Assembly: GCA_017988885.1 (NCBI GenBank)
Contig: JAGNQV010000001.1
Location: 1 to 56,180, forward strand
Direction of reading: 5' to 3'
Length of the DNA stretch: 56,180 nt
Source of the DNA: Opitutaceae bacterium
Lineage (GTDB): Bacteria; Verrucomicrobiota; Verrucomicrobiia; Opitutales; Opitutaceae
Position 1 is the stretch's first letter, and the number at the start of each line of letters is the position of its first letter. Under the pieces are notes generated by a model. The model was given only the letters and a program-made list of their open reading frames with translations, was not told the origin of the DNA and made no database searches. Shown here piece after piece: positions 8,665 to 18,569 of this stretch. The translations under genes and the position numbers were made by a program.

Positions 8665-10836
8665 TTAATGTGCCGCCCGCAAAGTAAAATTCCGCAACTC
8701 TACCCAATCTGATTTCTCCTGATGCTGAATTCGCGCACCGATCCCTACCCACACAGCGCCTTTCGGGGGCTCGGCGGCCTGGATCAAAGTCTGCCATTGC
8801 GGCCATTCCCCTTCCGGCAATCGGACTACAGTCAAACCTAGATGTCGATGTTCGGCATCGAGCCAACCTAACGTCAATTTTACCACTCCACTATTCGAAA
8901 CATGGCCTCGCACGTCCACCGCCGCATTCATCGCTAGTGCCCCTCTAGGAATCTGAACCCATTGAAACAGAGTCGCGTCTTTCGTGCCGGCGATACGCAC
9001 GACCCCAAGGGTCAAGCTCATCATGTGATGTTCCGCCGGCTCTACTCGACTTTGCCAAGGCTCCGGCAACGAAAGACTATAGGTAAGGCCTGCAATTTTA
9101 CGGACCGGGTTTGGCAGACCTTGGAAATAACCGTTGATCTGATCATTATTCTCCTCCGCCACCAATTCGGTTTGCTGGACATGAAGCCGTGCACGAGCCA
9201 TCGCCACGGGATCGTCGGTCAAGTAATCTACAAAATAAACTGGTGCAACCAAGGTCGGCTGAGTCTGCTGCAAAGCCTTTGTATAGTTTTCGAATTCCTT
9301 CCGTGCTTCGGTGAATTTATCCACCTGCACCGACAACAATGGCGCTGCCGAGGTTGCTTCCAACGCTAGTCGCACAAGCTTGTCTCGCGCCTCCTGCATT
9401 GCCACGAAGCGCTCCGTCACCCCAAAAGCATCACTGACCTGCTTCACACGGCTTCGTACCAAATCCGATTTCGCCGTTTGCAACGCCGCACCCAAAAGAG
9501 CCCGAAGTTCTGCGCAAACAGCACTGGGGAAAATCGTCGCTTGGGATTCATTGCGGAAATGCTTGAGCCAGTACGCGGAGCCGGGCTGAGTAAGCCATTG
9601 CTCTTCGCAGCGCGAATAAAAATGCTTCATCAGAAAAGCCGTTTCTTTGAAATAGCGCCGGTAATATTCCGCCAAAAGCCTGTCCGCCGACTGCTCTGGA
9701 TCTTGCAAGAGCTGTGCCACCAACCATGGTTGCGGCCCATCGAGCCCCCAGTTGGGGTTCATTTCTGCAAAATAATCGGTGAAACCCAAGCGGCGCGCCT
9801 GCCGCAGATTATCAGCAATGAGATGAGGATGAAATCGTGGAATCAAAAACCCACGGCCGTAGAGGTAATCATAAAGTCCAAGGCGGGGCGAAATCCCGCT
9901 AGGATCAAATCCCTGACCGGCGTTCCTCTTCAAATCGCGCGGGCTCGGTCTCCCAGCGTTGAGCGTCGCAAGCTGCGTGTCTGAAAGTGAACCTTCGGTG
10001 CCGTGCCGTAAAGCCCATCGCACTTGCAAGGCGCGCTCTTCAGTTCGAAAAGCTGGATCATAACCCTGGGCACGATCAGCGGTCAGAAATGGAATCACTT
10101 GTGCATGAACCGGAAAATCCGGCGCGTTCTCCGTCCAATAGTAAGCGAGCGCGCCTAGATATTTGTTTGGCTTCGTCTTGCCGAAGTCCGCCGCCACGCG
10201 GTTCATGAACGTAAACACTAGATTAGTATAATCCGGACGTCCACGGAACCATCGCAAAGGCGTGACCAACGCCGTCGTCTCTGGCGATTCGCCGAAGATA
10301 AGCCCATCGTTCACACCCATAGCAAAGCCCATCTCATCGGGATGGGCATCGAAATACTCTCCTGCCTTCTCGGCTGCGTAAGCCGCTACGTCCTCTCGTC
10401 CCAAATCGGGATTCCACCACACCGATTTCTCCGGCGGTCGAAGTCTCCGCCCGCCTTCCATTGGAAAAAACTCAGGAGACTCGTCGAATAGCTTGGGCGG
10501 AAAAATCTCAGCTAGGTTATGAGAGAACTCCAAACGCGGCGTCAGCCGATTATGCCTTGCCCACTCCCCTCCATCGACGGGATTCGTCATCCCTAGTGCG
10601 CGGCTGGAAAAAGCCGCCGATCCAAGAGGCGACTGCCTCTGCCCCGACTCATAACCTGCATTACCGGGCATGAACCAACGTTCCTGCTCATTCACCCACT
10701 GTGATCCAATCCGGGAGTTATCTGTAAATATGACGGAAAGCGCCCACGCACTCACCAAAACCACGCCAGCGATTATCATGGTCCATGGGTTGGGCTGGGT
10801 TGACTTGGAATTCATTAAACAAAAAAGCAGGCACAT
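8665..10836 (-). CDS. large membrane-anchored or secreted protein, DUF4838-like (glycoside-hydrolase-like) by memory
   Basis: 723-aa ORF with an N-terminal hydrophobic segment MIIAGVVLVSAWALSV. Internal blocks (GALAYYWTE, NPNWGLDGPQPWLVAQLLQDP) resemble the DUF4838 family. Needs an HMM check. Confidence 0.4.
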   Translation of the reverse strand: MCLLFCLMNSKSTQPNPWTMIIAGVVLVSAWALSVIFTDNSRIGSQWVNEQERWFMPGNAGYESGQRQSPLGSAAFSSRALGMTNPVDGGEWARHNRLTPRLEFSHNLAEIFPPKLFDESPEFFPMEGGRRLRPPEKSVWWNPDLGREDVAAYAAEKAGEYFDAHPDEMGFAMGVNDGLIFGESPETTALVTPLRWFRGRPDYTNLVFTFMNRVAADFGKTKPNKYLGALAYYWTENAPDFPVHAQVIPFLTADRAQGYDPAFRTEERALQVRWALRHGTEGSLSDTQLATLNAGRPSPRDLKRNAGQGFDPSGISPRLGLYDYLYGRGFLIPRFHPHLIADNLRQARRLGFTDYFAEMNPNWGLDGPQPWLVAQLLQDPEQSADRLLAEYYRRYFKETAFLMKHFYSRCEEQWLTQPGSAYWLKHFRNESQATIFPSAVCAELRALLGAALQTAKSDLVRSRVKQVSDAFGVTERFVAMQEARDKLVRLALEATSAAPLLSVQVDKFTEARKEFENYTKALQQTQPTLVAPVYFVDYLTDDPVAMARARLHVQQTELVAEENNDQINGYFQGLPNPVRKIAGLTYSLSLPEPWQSRVEPAEHHMMSLTLGVVRIAGTKDATLFQWVQIPRGALAMNAAVDVRGHVSNSGVVKLTLGWLDAEHRHLGLTVVRLPEGEWPQWQTLIQAAEPPKGAVWVGIGARIQHQEKSDWVELRNFTLRAAH

Positions 10837-10873
10837 TGTGCCTGCTTTGCAAACCGCAACAACCGATCAGGCA

Positions 10874-11569
10874 TCAATCTGCCGGGTTTCCCTCTTGGTT
10901 TCCTGCCGTCAAACCAAGCTTGCCGAGCGCGCACAACACTTGTTGAAAGCCAGGATCCCCCTGCAGTTCCTCAAATGGTCGGTTACTACTCAGTCGGATG
11001 AAATATTGTTCCCGCGGATCCCGGAACATCTGTTTTATCACATCACGCCACCATTTAACCGGATGAGGCACCCGAGTAAAGCGATCACCATAATCATAAA
11101 GTTCATCGCCGATCACATGCCAGAAAATCACATGGCGACTTGAGATATTTGGCGTGGAAAATTCCCGCCATTCCCCGGGTTTTAGCTCCTCTAATATAAA
11201 TCTATGTCGCATCTCCATGCAATTCCATCCAGCGCTTGTCCAACACCGATCTGGTGTATGCGATGCAACCACTTGCACCGGCATTTTTCCAGGATCCCAA
11301 TACGCTACATACAAGCTCAGGTTTTTTTCCGCTGAGAAAAACTCACGGGAGTAAACGTCATCGAATTTAAGTATATTTTCCACGGCTTCTTCCGTGGCTT
11401 CGGTCGGACCCAACGGAACCTCACGTCCCGTCCAACCGGTTAATTGCTGAGGCAGAATTCCGTGTAAATGCCGACCTTTCCCAATCATCGCGCGGTTTCC
11501 AGAATTCACCTGCACGCCCAACGCGCCTATCAAAAGCAGCACACAGCCTATCATCATAAATCGGTTCAT
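10874..11569 (-). CDS. EpsI-family (exosortase-associated) protein
   Basis: N-terminal TM, then LTGWTGREVPL...LSLYVAYWDPGK...ASHTPDRCWTSAGW, matching the EpsI pattern (H.P..C.p..GW). Start at MNRF (11569) abuts the upstream stop; the track ORF extends to 11599. Confidence 0.6.
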   Translation of the reverse strand: MNRFMMIGCVLLLIGALGVQVNSGNRAMIGKGRHLHGILPQQLTGWTGREVPLGPTEATEEAVENILKFDDVYSREFFSAEKNLSLYVAYWDPGKMPVQVVASHTPDRCWTSAGWNCMEMRHRFILEELKPGEWREFSTPNISSRHVIFWHVIGDELYDYGDRFTRVPHPVKWWRDVIKQMFRDPREQYFIRLSSNRPFEELQGDPGFQQVLCALGKLGLTAGNQEGNPAD

Positions 11570-12270
11570 GGCACACTTTTTTGAAAACCAGTCAGCCATG
11601 TTTTCAATTCCGGCAAGGACGTAATTTCTAAGTCAATCAGTTCATTTTTTTTCGATTCGTGTCTCGTATATTCTCCCCTCTCTCGGCGTAGACGCACTGT
11701 GCGCCAGCCTAATTGTCTCGGTGCAATGAAATCTTTTTGAGGGTTGTCCGCCACATAAACATAGCCCGCTACTGCACCAGCAAACCGTGCCATAATACGC
11801 TCGAAGCCGATCCGATGAGGTTTCCAGAACTGACGCCCGATCTCATCGGTCACGATTATGCAATCAAACCAGCGCCGTAATTTCAGCGCTTCCAATTTTT
11901 GGCGTTGTGCGACGGCATAACCATCGGTCAACACGGCGAGATTAAATCTTGGCGCCGTCCAATCAAGAAATCGCGAAACAGCCGCATCAAGCGAGATCTC
12001 CGGAACATGGCTTCGATAAACTTCCACGAGTATCGTCACTCGTTCCGGCACAGCCACGACTCCTAGATCGTTCAACGCCGCATCGAAGATCTTGCCTCGC
12101 ATCCCTGTATTAAAGTGCCTCCGGGCATGCTCTAGGAAGCCTTTTACCCCCTCGTGAACTGAGAGCCAGTGATCCACCGCGCGAAACCCCGAGTCCACGA
12201 AGTCAGCTTCGGCGTAGAGAGTATCGTCCAAATCGAAGACGACAGTATGAACCGGTTCAGGATTAGGCAT
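11566..12270 (-). CDS. HAD-superfamily hydrolase/phosphatase
   Basis: Motif I VVFDLDDTLY, later LTDG and VADNPQKD motifs. Confidence 0.75.
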   Translation of the reverse strand: MPNPEPVHTVVFDLDDTLYAEADFVDSGFRAVDHWLSVHEGVKGFLEHARRHFNTGMRGKIFDAALNDLGVVAVPERVTILVEVYRSHVPEISLDAAVSRFLDWTAPRFNLAVLTDGYAVAQRQKLEALKLRRWFDCIIVTDEIGRQFWKPHRIGFERIMARFAGAVAGYVYVADNPQKDFIAPRQLGWRTVRLRRERGEYTRHESKKNELIDLEITSLPELKTWLTGFQKSVP

Positions 12271-13228
12271 TCAGATAAACCGCCGAATCGTAGCGCAACA
12301 TTGTAAGACCATTCGTCCAGTTATTGTGGGCGGATAATTCACGCCCCAAATGCTCTTCGAGCAACCACTGGGTAAATGGGGCGCCTGCTTCATGCGCCAG
12401 CGGATATCCTCCGCCAAATCTTGCATTGATTTCGAATACGCAAAACACGCCATCCTGTTGCACAATCGCTTGAAAACAAAGAGGTCCACGTGCGCCCGAC
12501 AAAGCGTTCCCTAGTTTTTCGGCGACTTGCATCAATTGAGGCACCCGGTCCGTGCGCCCTTTTGAAACCTCTCCGCTCCGCACCTCCAATCGTCGGTGAG
12601 GTACCATGCAGCGCAATATGCCCTGCCGGTCGAAGAACATATTTACGGTATACTCAACTCCCTGCCACATCTCTTGCACGATGTAATTCGACTCTGAAAG
12701 CCCGGCCAGATTCGCTAGGGTTTGAGGGCGGACAATTCCCACCGAAGCACTCCCCGTATTGGGCTTGGCAATCACCGCTCCAACTAGACTCTCTGGATTG
12801 GCGCGGTATTCGGCTAGGGTGACTGTCTTCGGCGTGGGTATCCCGGCATTCGCAAGTCTCACAGATGTGAGCCATTTGTCGTTTCCCAACGCAACCACGG
12901 CAGGCGAGGAAATGACGATACGCGTGCCGATACTCGCAAAATCATCGATATGCCTGCTAAGTATGGCCAACTCCGGGTCGATTGTTGGTACCAGCACATG
13001 AACCTGCTGCCGCCGACACAAATCGAGCAGCGCGGGAATATAATCCACTGAGGTGCAGCGCGGCACATGAAACGAGACATCCGCCTGCTGGCAGGCTGGA
13101 CTCAGTTCAGGTTGCAGATCTGCGGCAAGCACCCGCAGTTGCACGTTCAGTGTTCGGGCGCTGTCGCGAAAACACTGGAGCAGCTGATTACGGCGGCCAG
13201 CGGAAGTAACAAGAAGGCAGGAACTCAT
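12263..13228 (-). CDS. ATP-grasp domain enzyme (carbamoyl-phosphate-synthase-like ligase)
   Basis: LLVTSAGRR start, KP..GSAS.G, and FEINARFGGGYPL, typical of ATP-grasp ligases found in capsule loci. Confidence 0.7.
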   Translation of the reverse strand: MSSCLLVTSAGRRNQLLQCFRDSARTLNVQLRVLAADLQPELSPACQQADVSFHVPRCTSVDYIPALLDLCRRQQVHVLVPTIDPELAILSRHIDDFASIGTRIVISSPAVVALGNDKWLTSVRLANAGIPTPKTVTLAEYRANPESLVGAVIAKPNTGSASVGIVRPQTLANLAGLSESNYIVQEMWQGVEYTVNMFFDRQGILRCMVPHRRLEVRSGEVSKGRTDRVPQLMQVAEKLGNALSGARGPLCFQAIVQQDGVFCVFEINARFGGGYPLAHEAGAPFTQWLLEEHLGRELSAHNNWTNGLTMLRYDSAVYLNA

Positions 13229-14403
13229 GTATTTGCGCGTTTCAGCAATAGATCACGTGTGCGCTGAAAATACCCCCACGGAAGAGTCCAGCGGTTACGG
13301 ACCTGATAGTGGCGGTGCATCCATTCGTAATCCGGGAAAATAGCCAGCAAGATTCCCGCCGTCCTGTCGTAAAGCAATAGATTGAACACAATGTAGCCGA
13401 GTTTGCCCCACTTCCTTTCCTTCGGTCCGAAAAGCCCAACCCGTAAGAGCCATGTGAGCAGGAACCGGTGCTTTCGCGGAGAAAAATCTAACCGCGCCAG
13501 CACCCAAGGCGGCACCGGCGTGCTCAACAGTATGCTGGGAATGTGGAGCGAAAGAAATACCGCCGTTCGCACCCCGATAGCCTCCACTCGCACACAGAAT
13601 TCATTCCACTCAATCGGGCAGTGGCGCACGATCCGGTCCACATCGGTATGCAGGCGGAAGCCCGGCGCCCGCACATACGAGTGCTTGGCCGTGTGCAGGC
13701 AGACCTGCAGCAAGTTGTCTTCTGGGGCGAGCAGCCGAGCCGTCGTGCCCGGAATTGCGACCGCGCGGGCCAGCAACTCATCGGCGGGCGGCTCCTGGTC
13801 GGGCCGAATCCAGCGTCCCGCCACCGGACGCCATTGCAGCTCAAACCACAGCACGCTGCCATCCGCGAGCAGGCCGGTGTATTCCGCGCCGCCATGTCGC
13901 TCAGCTTGCTCGATGTCGGCCATTTCAAACGGACTGCGGTTCCCGAGCTCGAAACCCAACGATTTCATGATCGCATGCGCCCGGCGGAAACCCCGCGGCG
14001 ATACGAGCGTGTCGACGTCGCCCATCGGGCATCCCGCGAGATCGCGATGCAAGGCGCGGGCGATGCCGGCATTTTTCAGCGCAACCAAGGCAATCCCTTC
14101 GCGGTGCAGGGCAGCCGCCACGCGGTCCAGTTCCGCCAGGTAGAGTTCCAACGTGCGGCGGGTCGCTTGCGCTGCCGTCCGCCAGCGCTCGGCAGTGCCC
14201 GTGGGCCCGAGGGCCGCTTCCAAGCCGCCGGCCACAATGCTCGCGGAGCCTTCGCGCTGCGCAAAGGCCCACAGCACCTCGTCCCCCACTACCGCATGCA
14301 GGCGCCGCACCTCCGTCACTTGAGCCGCTGCACCGGCGCTGATCGTCAGGCAGAACAATTGCTCGACGACAGTAAGGGAGGACAGGTTGATTTCTCGTTT
14401 CAT
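13225..14403 (-). CDS. uncharacterised nucleotidyltransferase family protein (NTP_transf_5-like)
   Basis: LKNAGIARALH...CPMGDVDTLV motif (the family signature is G/R..D.D.LV), size about 390 aa, 4-nt overlaps on both sides. Confidence 0.6.
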   Translation of the reverse strand: MKREINLSSLTVVEQLFCLTISAGAAAQVTEVRRLHAVVGDEVLWAFAQREGSASIVAGGLEAALGPTGTAERWRTAAQATRRTLELYLAELDRVAAALHREGIALVALKNAGIARALHRDLAGCPMGDVDTLVSPRGFRRAHAIMKSLGFELGNRSPFEMADIEQAERHGGAEYTGLLADGSVLWFELQWRPVAGRWIRPDQEPPADELLARAVAIPGTTARLLAPEDNLLQVCLHTAKHSYVRAPGFRLHTDVDRIVRHCPIEWNEFCVRVEAIGVRTAVFLSLHIPSILLSTPVPPWVLARLDFSPRKHRFLLTWLLRVGLFGPKERKWGKLGYIVFNLLLYDRTAGILLAIFPDYEWMHRHYQVRNRWTLPWGYFQRTRDLLLKRANT

Positions 14404-15557
14404 GTCTGCAAAAGTTTTTCCAGGCGATCGACGATGACCGGCCAGGTGTGCTCCGTCATCACCAGGCGCCGTGCCGCGGCTCCCTGACGCGCCCGAGCGG
14501 TCGGATCCATCATCGCGCGCATGGCGCCCACGACGGATTCCGCTTCCGGGGCAACTACGAGGCCGCAGTCGTAGCGGGCAACCTGGCGGTGCAGCCCGGC
14601 GCGATCGCTGAGCACGACCGGCAGGCCGGAGGCCATCGCCTCAAGCAGCGCGATGCTCAGCCCTTCATAACGGGAGGGCATCAGGAAAACGTCCGCGTCG
14701 CGCAGCAGGGCGAGTTTCTCCGGCCCGGTCACCAAGCCCAGGAACCTGACCTTGTCGCCGAGGCCGCGCTCCGCCACGAGCCGGCGCACTTCCGCGCTGT
14801 CCGCCCCTTCCGAGGGTCCGGCGAGCAGCAGCATGGCCTCGGGCCGCTCTACCGCCAGGCGGGCAAAGGCCTCGACGATCACGTCCACCGCTTTCTGCTG
14901 GATATCGATGCGGCCCAAAAAAACAAACAGCACCCGGTCGCCCAACCCGGGATGTTGGCGGCGGTATTCTCCGCGTTCCGGCAGCGTAACGAAATCGGCC
15001 GGGGCGATGCCGTTGGGTAGGACCAGGCCCCGGTGCGCGAACAGCGAGTCCGCCATTTCCTCCTCGGCATTGAACGCGATATGCCGGGCCTGGTTCAGGT
15101 TGGCGCGCTCGAGGAGCATCAGGTAAAGCCGCTTGGCCAAACCGCTGCTGGCGCGCAGCGAGTCGCGCTTCAAGCTGCCGTGGGCGAAAATCAGGTAGGG
15201 CTTGCCCGCCAACCGCGCCGCGCGCGCCCCGGCCCAACCCGCGTATTGGAAATGGCTGTGCACGATGACCGCATCCGCCTCCTTGATCAGCAGGGCCGTA
15301 CGCCGGCCCAGCGCGGGCGAGTAACCCCAGCGCCGCCAACGCGGCACGGACTCGTAGTAGACCGAGACGCCGTCGACTGGCACCGGCGCATCCAGCGGCA
15401 CCGCCAAATCCGTCCATTCATCGGCCTGGTTGGTGCAGCAGACCGAAACTTGGTGCTCGCGCTGCGCCAGCTCGCGGCCAAGCGCATGCGCCACCTGCAA
15501 GGGTCCGCCAAACCGGAAGGCAGGCACGTAATGCGAGATGACCTGGACGATCTTCAT
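14400..15557 (-). CDS. glycosyltransferase family 4 (GT-B)
   Basis: MKIVQVISHY..FGGP N-terminus and the E..G.S..LEAMASGLPVV C-terminal motif. Confidence 0.8.
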   Translation of the reverse strand: MKIVQVISHYVPAFRFGGPLQVAHALGRELAQREHQVSVCCTNQADEWTDLAVPLDAPVPVDGVSVYYESVPRWRRWGYSPALGRRTALLIKEADAVIVHSHFQYAGWAGARAARLAGKPYLIFAHGSLKRDSLRASSGLAKRLYLMLLERANLNQARHIAFNAEEEMADSLFAHRGLVLPNGIAPADFVTLPERGEYRRQHPGLGDRVLFVFLGRIDIQQKAVDVIVEAFARLAVERPEAMLLLAGPSEGADSAEVRRLVAERGLGDKVRFLGLVTGPEKLALLRDADVFLMPSRYEGLSIALLEAMASGLPVVLSDRAGLHRQVARYDCGLVVAPEAESVVGAMRAMMDPTARARQGAAARRLVMTEHTWPVIVDRLEKLLQT

Positions 15558-16738
15558 GTGAGATTCCCGAGCAATGTCCGCAAAGCCTCGATGTAATGCG
15601 TGCTGTTGCGACGCGAATAATTCCGCACCGCCACCTCACGGGCGCGGCGACGGCAGGCCGCCAAGCGTTCTGGATCGTCGAGCAGCCGCTCGATAGCTGC
15701 CACCGCGGCCGCTGCATCGGCTGCGTCAACTCGGATACCGCAATCTTCGCGCGCGATTAGGTCGGCTACTTCACACTGCGCCGGCACCAAGGCCAATAAT
15801 GCCGAACCCGCCGCGAGATAATAATAGGTCTTACTCGGCACCATGTAGCCGCCGAGCGCCTCTTCCATCGCCACTACCGCGATATCACCCGCCGGCAGAG
15901 TCTGCGGGAGCAGACGCTCCGGCTGGAACGGCAGCAGTCGCACGTTATCCAACCGCCGCGTGGCAATTGCGCTCTCCAATTCGCTCCATCGGGCGCCTGC
16001 GCCGATGATCAGGAAGCCCAAGTCCGACCGGTTGCGGAGTTTCTCCGCCGCTTGCAGCAGTCCGTCCAAGTTGTGGGTGTTGCCGAGGTTGCCCGAATAA
16101 AGCACGATCGTGCGGCCGGCCCAGCCCAGCGACTGGCGGAACGGGTTCTGCGCAGCAGACAACGGCTTTACGAGATCCACGTCTGCCCAGTTCGGCACGA
16201 CCCGGACTTCGAGGTTTTTCAGTCCGACACCTTCCCGGCGAATATTTGCCGCCAGATCTTCGCCAATCGTAAACACGAGCGCTGCGCGTGCCCAGACCAA
16301 GCGATTGAACCAACGCCACAACACGGCCACCGGCCCGCGATCAGAAATCTGACCCAAACGAACAAGCACTCCAGGATAAAGATCATAGACCAAGACGCAG
16401 TAGCGCTGGCGGCGCATTACCCAGGCAAACCAGCCGAGCAGCGGAAGGAACGGCGGATTCGAAACGATAAAGAGCACTTGGCGGCTATCAGAAACTGCCA
16501 CCTTCCGGCACGCCGTGGCAAAATAACGGAGCCAGGAAAAGGCACGCCTCGGCAGGCTCCGTCGGTCATAGTCCGGCGCCGGCAACACCGTGAGTGCCGC
16601 ATTCAGCGGTCGGACAATGTCCGCAGTGTGTCCGGTCAGCAGTTCCGCCGAACCGAGGGCGCTCGCCACGTCTTCCGCCAGTTCGCGGAACAATGGGCCG
16701 GCCACTTGGTTGAGGAATAGAATGCGAGGACCGCTCAT
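15554..16738 (-). CDS. glycosyltransferase family 4 (WcaI-like)
   Basis: ILFLNQV..P N-terminus, YSGNLGNTHNLD, and PSKTYYYLAAGSALLAL, typical of the WcaI-type GT-B fold. Confidence 0.7.
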   Translation of the reverse strand: MSGPRILFLNQVAGPLFRELAEDVASALGSAELLTGHTADIVRPLNAALTVLPAPDYDRRSLPRRAFSWLRYFATACRKVAVSDSRQVLFIVSNPPFLPLLGWFAWVMRRQRYCVLVYDLYPGVLVRLGQISDRGPVAVLWRWFNRLVWARAALVFTIGEDLAANIRREGVGLKNLEVRVVPNWADVDLVKPLSAAQNPFRQSLGWAGRTIVLYSGNLGNTHNLDGLLQAAEKLRNRSDLGFLIIGAGARWSELESAIATRRLDNVRLLPFQPERLLPQTLPAGDIAVVAMEEALGGYMVPSKTYYYLAAGSALLALVPAQCEVADLIAREDCGIRVDAADAAAAVAAIERLLDDPERLAACRRRAREVAVRNYSRRNSTHYIEALRTLLGNLT

Positions 16739-17913
16739 GATTCAAAACGGGAAAGAAAGACCAATGCCTCCCCTAGCCCTTGTTTAACCGCGACGTCCGC
16801 GCCCGCTCCGCGATTGAGTTCGTGAAATGCTGCGCGCGCTTCTTCTAGCCGGAGTAGCGATTCTTCTAACCACCAAGCGGCGGCATGCGCCATACGTATG
16901 GCCCGGTTTTCCACCGGCACTAACAGCGCAGGCATATTCGTCTCCGCAATTAACCACCGCGTCACTTCGGCGCGCCACGCGGCGCCCGCATCGCCGGCCA
17001 GCCGCAATCCCGAAGCATGCGTCGCAAGGTCATAAAGTTGAGTGCGCTCCGCGGCCGTCTCCCAATCGATCACGCGCAACCGGTCGCCAGCGACGAGGAT
17101 GTTTGCATCTTGAAAATCACCGTGACTGAGCGCCAGGCCAACTGGCGCGTGGCCGGCAAGTTGCGCAGCCCAAGCCGCAAGGGCGCGAGCCTCGACTGCG
17201 AGGCCCGGAGCCAGCGTGGCGCAGGCTGCCTCGAGCGCACCGAGATGCTCTGCAAGGATTGCCACCCGCAGTGTCGGCTGATGTACTTCCGCGACCAAAC
17301 GCGACCGCGCTTCAGCGCGCACCTGTGCCTCACGGGCGGGTGGCAGCCGATTCGCCGGTGTGCCGGCAAAATATTCCTCGGCGAATGCGCCGCCGCCGGC
17401 CTCAACGCCATCGAACCGCGGGGCCAGCGCCGCCGCCGCCCCTTGGCGGGCCGCTACTTCACGATCGAACGACTGGCGGCTGAAATGCGCCTTTGGAATA
17501 ACGATGCTGCGCCCCGCAGATGGGTGGATAATTCTCAGCCGCCGGTTGCCGCCGATCACCAGTTGGCCAGCCGCCGCAGGCACTGGTGACGAGACGTCAA
17601 AGCATACTTGTGAAAGCCAACCGCGCGTGGGCGGCGTCACCGCAGCTCGCACATAGGCGGCCTGCAGTCCGCGCCGCCAACGAGACCTCGCATAACTGAA
17701 CTCGCGCACGATCACGTCAAAACACGCAGGATCAACCTCCTCGATGCAGAAAAAATTCAGGTAAATGTTCCCATGCCATACTTGGTGACCGGGCGCCGGT
17801 TTCGCCCACCGGACCTGCACCGGCGTGGTGCGGCCGTGCGACCAATAACCAGAGAGAGTCTCCTCTAGGATCATGCCGAAAGGTTCCCGGCGGAGCAATA
17901 GACTCATTCTCAT
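16735..17913 (-). CDS. APH/choline-kinase-like phosphotransferase
   Basis: Catalytic loop LSHGDFQDANILV followed by VIDWE. Start set at the ATG 17913, which forms an ATGA overlap with the upstream stop; the track ORF extends to 17982. Confidence 0.7.
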   Translation of the reverse strand: MRMSLLLRREPFGMILEETLSGYWSHGRTTPVQVRWAKPAPGHQVWHGNIYLNFFCIEEVDPACFDVIVREFSYARSRWRRGLQAAYVRAAVTPPTRGWLSQVCFDVSSPVPAAAGQLVIGGNRRLRIIHPSAGRSIVIPKAHFSRQSFDREVAARQGAAAALAPRFDGVEAGGGAFAEEYFAGTPANRLPPAREAQVRAEARSRLVAEVHQPTLRVAILAEHLGALEAACATLAPGLAVEARALAAWAAQLAGHAPVGLALSHGDFQDANILVAGDRLRVIDWETAAERTQLYDLATHASGLRLAGDAGAAWRAEVTRWLIAETNMPALLVPVENRAIRMAHAAAWWLEESLLRLEEARAAFHELNRGAGADVAVKQGLGEALVFLSRFES

Positions 17914-18569
17914 ATTTTCACGACTCCACGAATTTCCCAGTGCACAGTTTCGATCGACTTCATACAGTCGATAATGTGCCATTTTCCCGTTCTAGCCATT
18001 TCTTGGTATTGCGCGTGACGCCAAGCCAGTGTCGCAAGCGAGTCCGGGTATGGATCGTGCTTCAAAATCGCCCGCCGTGCCGATTCCTCCGGGGGAACCA
18101 ACAATAGTAAGCGGTGATCTGGCCGCGCGCATACCTTTGCCAATATCCGCCAGAGAAACCATGTTCCAACCCGTTCTTGTGGAAACCTGAGTCGGAAGTC
18201 CAAAAGAGTGTCTTCAATATATCGGTCGCACAGCACCACGCACCCGCTCCACCTTAATAGCCGGAGCCAGACGCCATAACATAAAACGAGGTCCCCGATT
18301 GCTAACAGCAGCCAAACCCGACGGACGCGCGAAGAGGCAAATTTCCGTTCCCGTTCACGCGACATTCCGGGATTGGGCAGAGCGCCAATCTGCATGCGAC
18401 GCATGGCTCTCTTCGAAAGAGAAAACAGCGGCGTGTAGCCGCCACGCGCCCAAAAATAGGCAGTGCGCCTGCCCTGCTCTCTAAGGCTTGTCTCCAGCAA
18501 GGATATCTGGGTGGACTTGCCCGCCCCGTCGGTGCCACTGAATACGATCATCTTCACGTGTCGACTCAT
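17910..18569 (-). CDS. thymidylate-kinase-like P-loop NTPase with a hydrophobic insertion
   Basis: MIVFSGTDGAGKSTQ P-loop and a DRY-like CDRYIEDT motif. Hydrophobic stretch VWLLLAIGDLVLCYGVWLRLL. Start at MSRHV (18569) abuts the upstream stop; the track ORF extends to 18641. Confidence 0.6.
   Translation of the reverse strand: MSRHVKMIVFSGTDGAGKSTQISLLETSLREQGRRTAYFWARGGYTPLFSLSKRAMRRMQIGALPNPGMSRERERKFASSRVRRVWLLLAIGDLVLCYGVWLRLLRWSGCVVLCDRYIEDTLLDFRLRFPQERVGTWFLWRILAKVCARPDHRLLLLVPPEESARRAILKHDPYPDSLATLAWRHAQYQEMARTGKWHIIDCMKSIETVHWEIRGVVKI

Noticed and set aside
13403-15596. Several long + strand ORFs (13403..14143, 13543..14487, 14448..15020, 15033..15596) and a - strand alternative frame (14665..15417) across the nucleotidyltransferase and GT4 genes
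   Set aside because: These are antisense or off-frame shadows in 65-70% GC sequence. Their translations are Arg/Ala/Pro/Gly-rich with no motifs, whereas the chosen frames carry GT4 and nucleotidyltransferase motifs and ATGA coupling.
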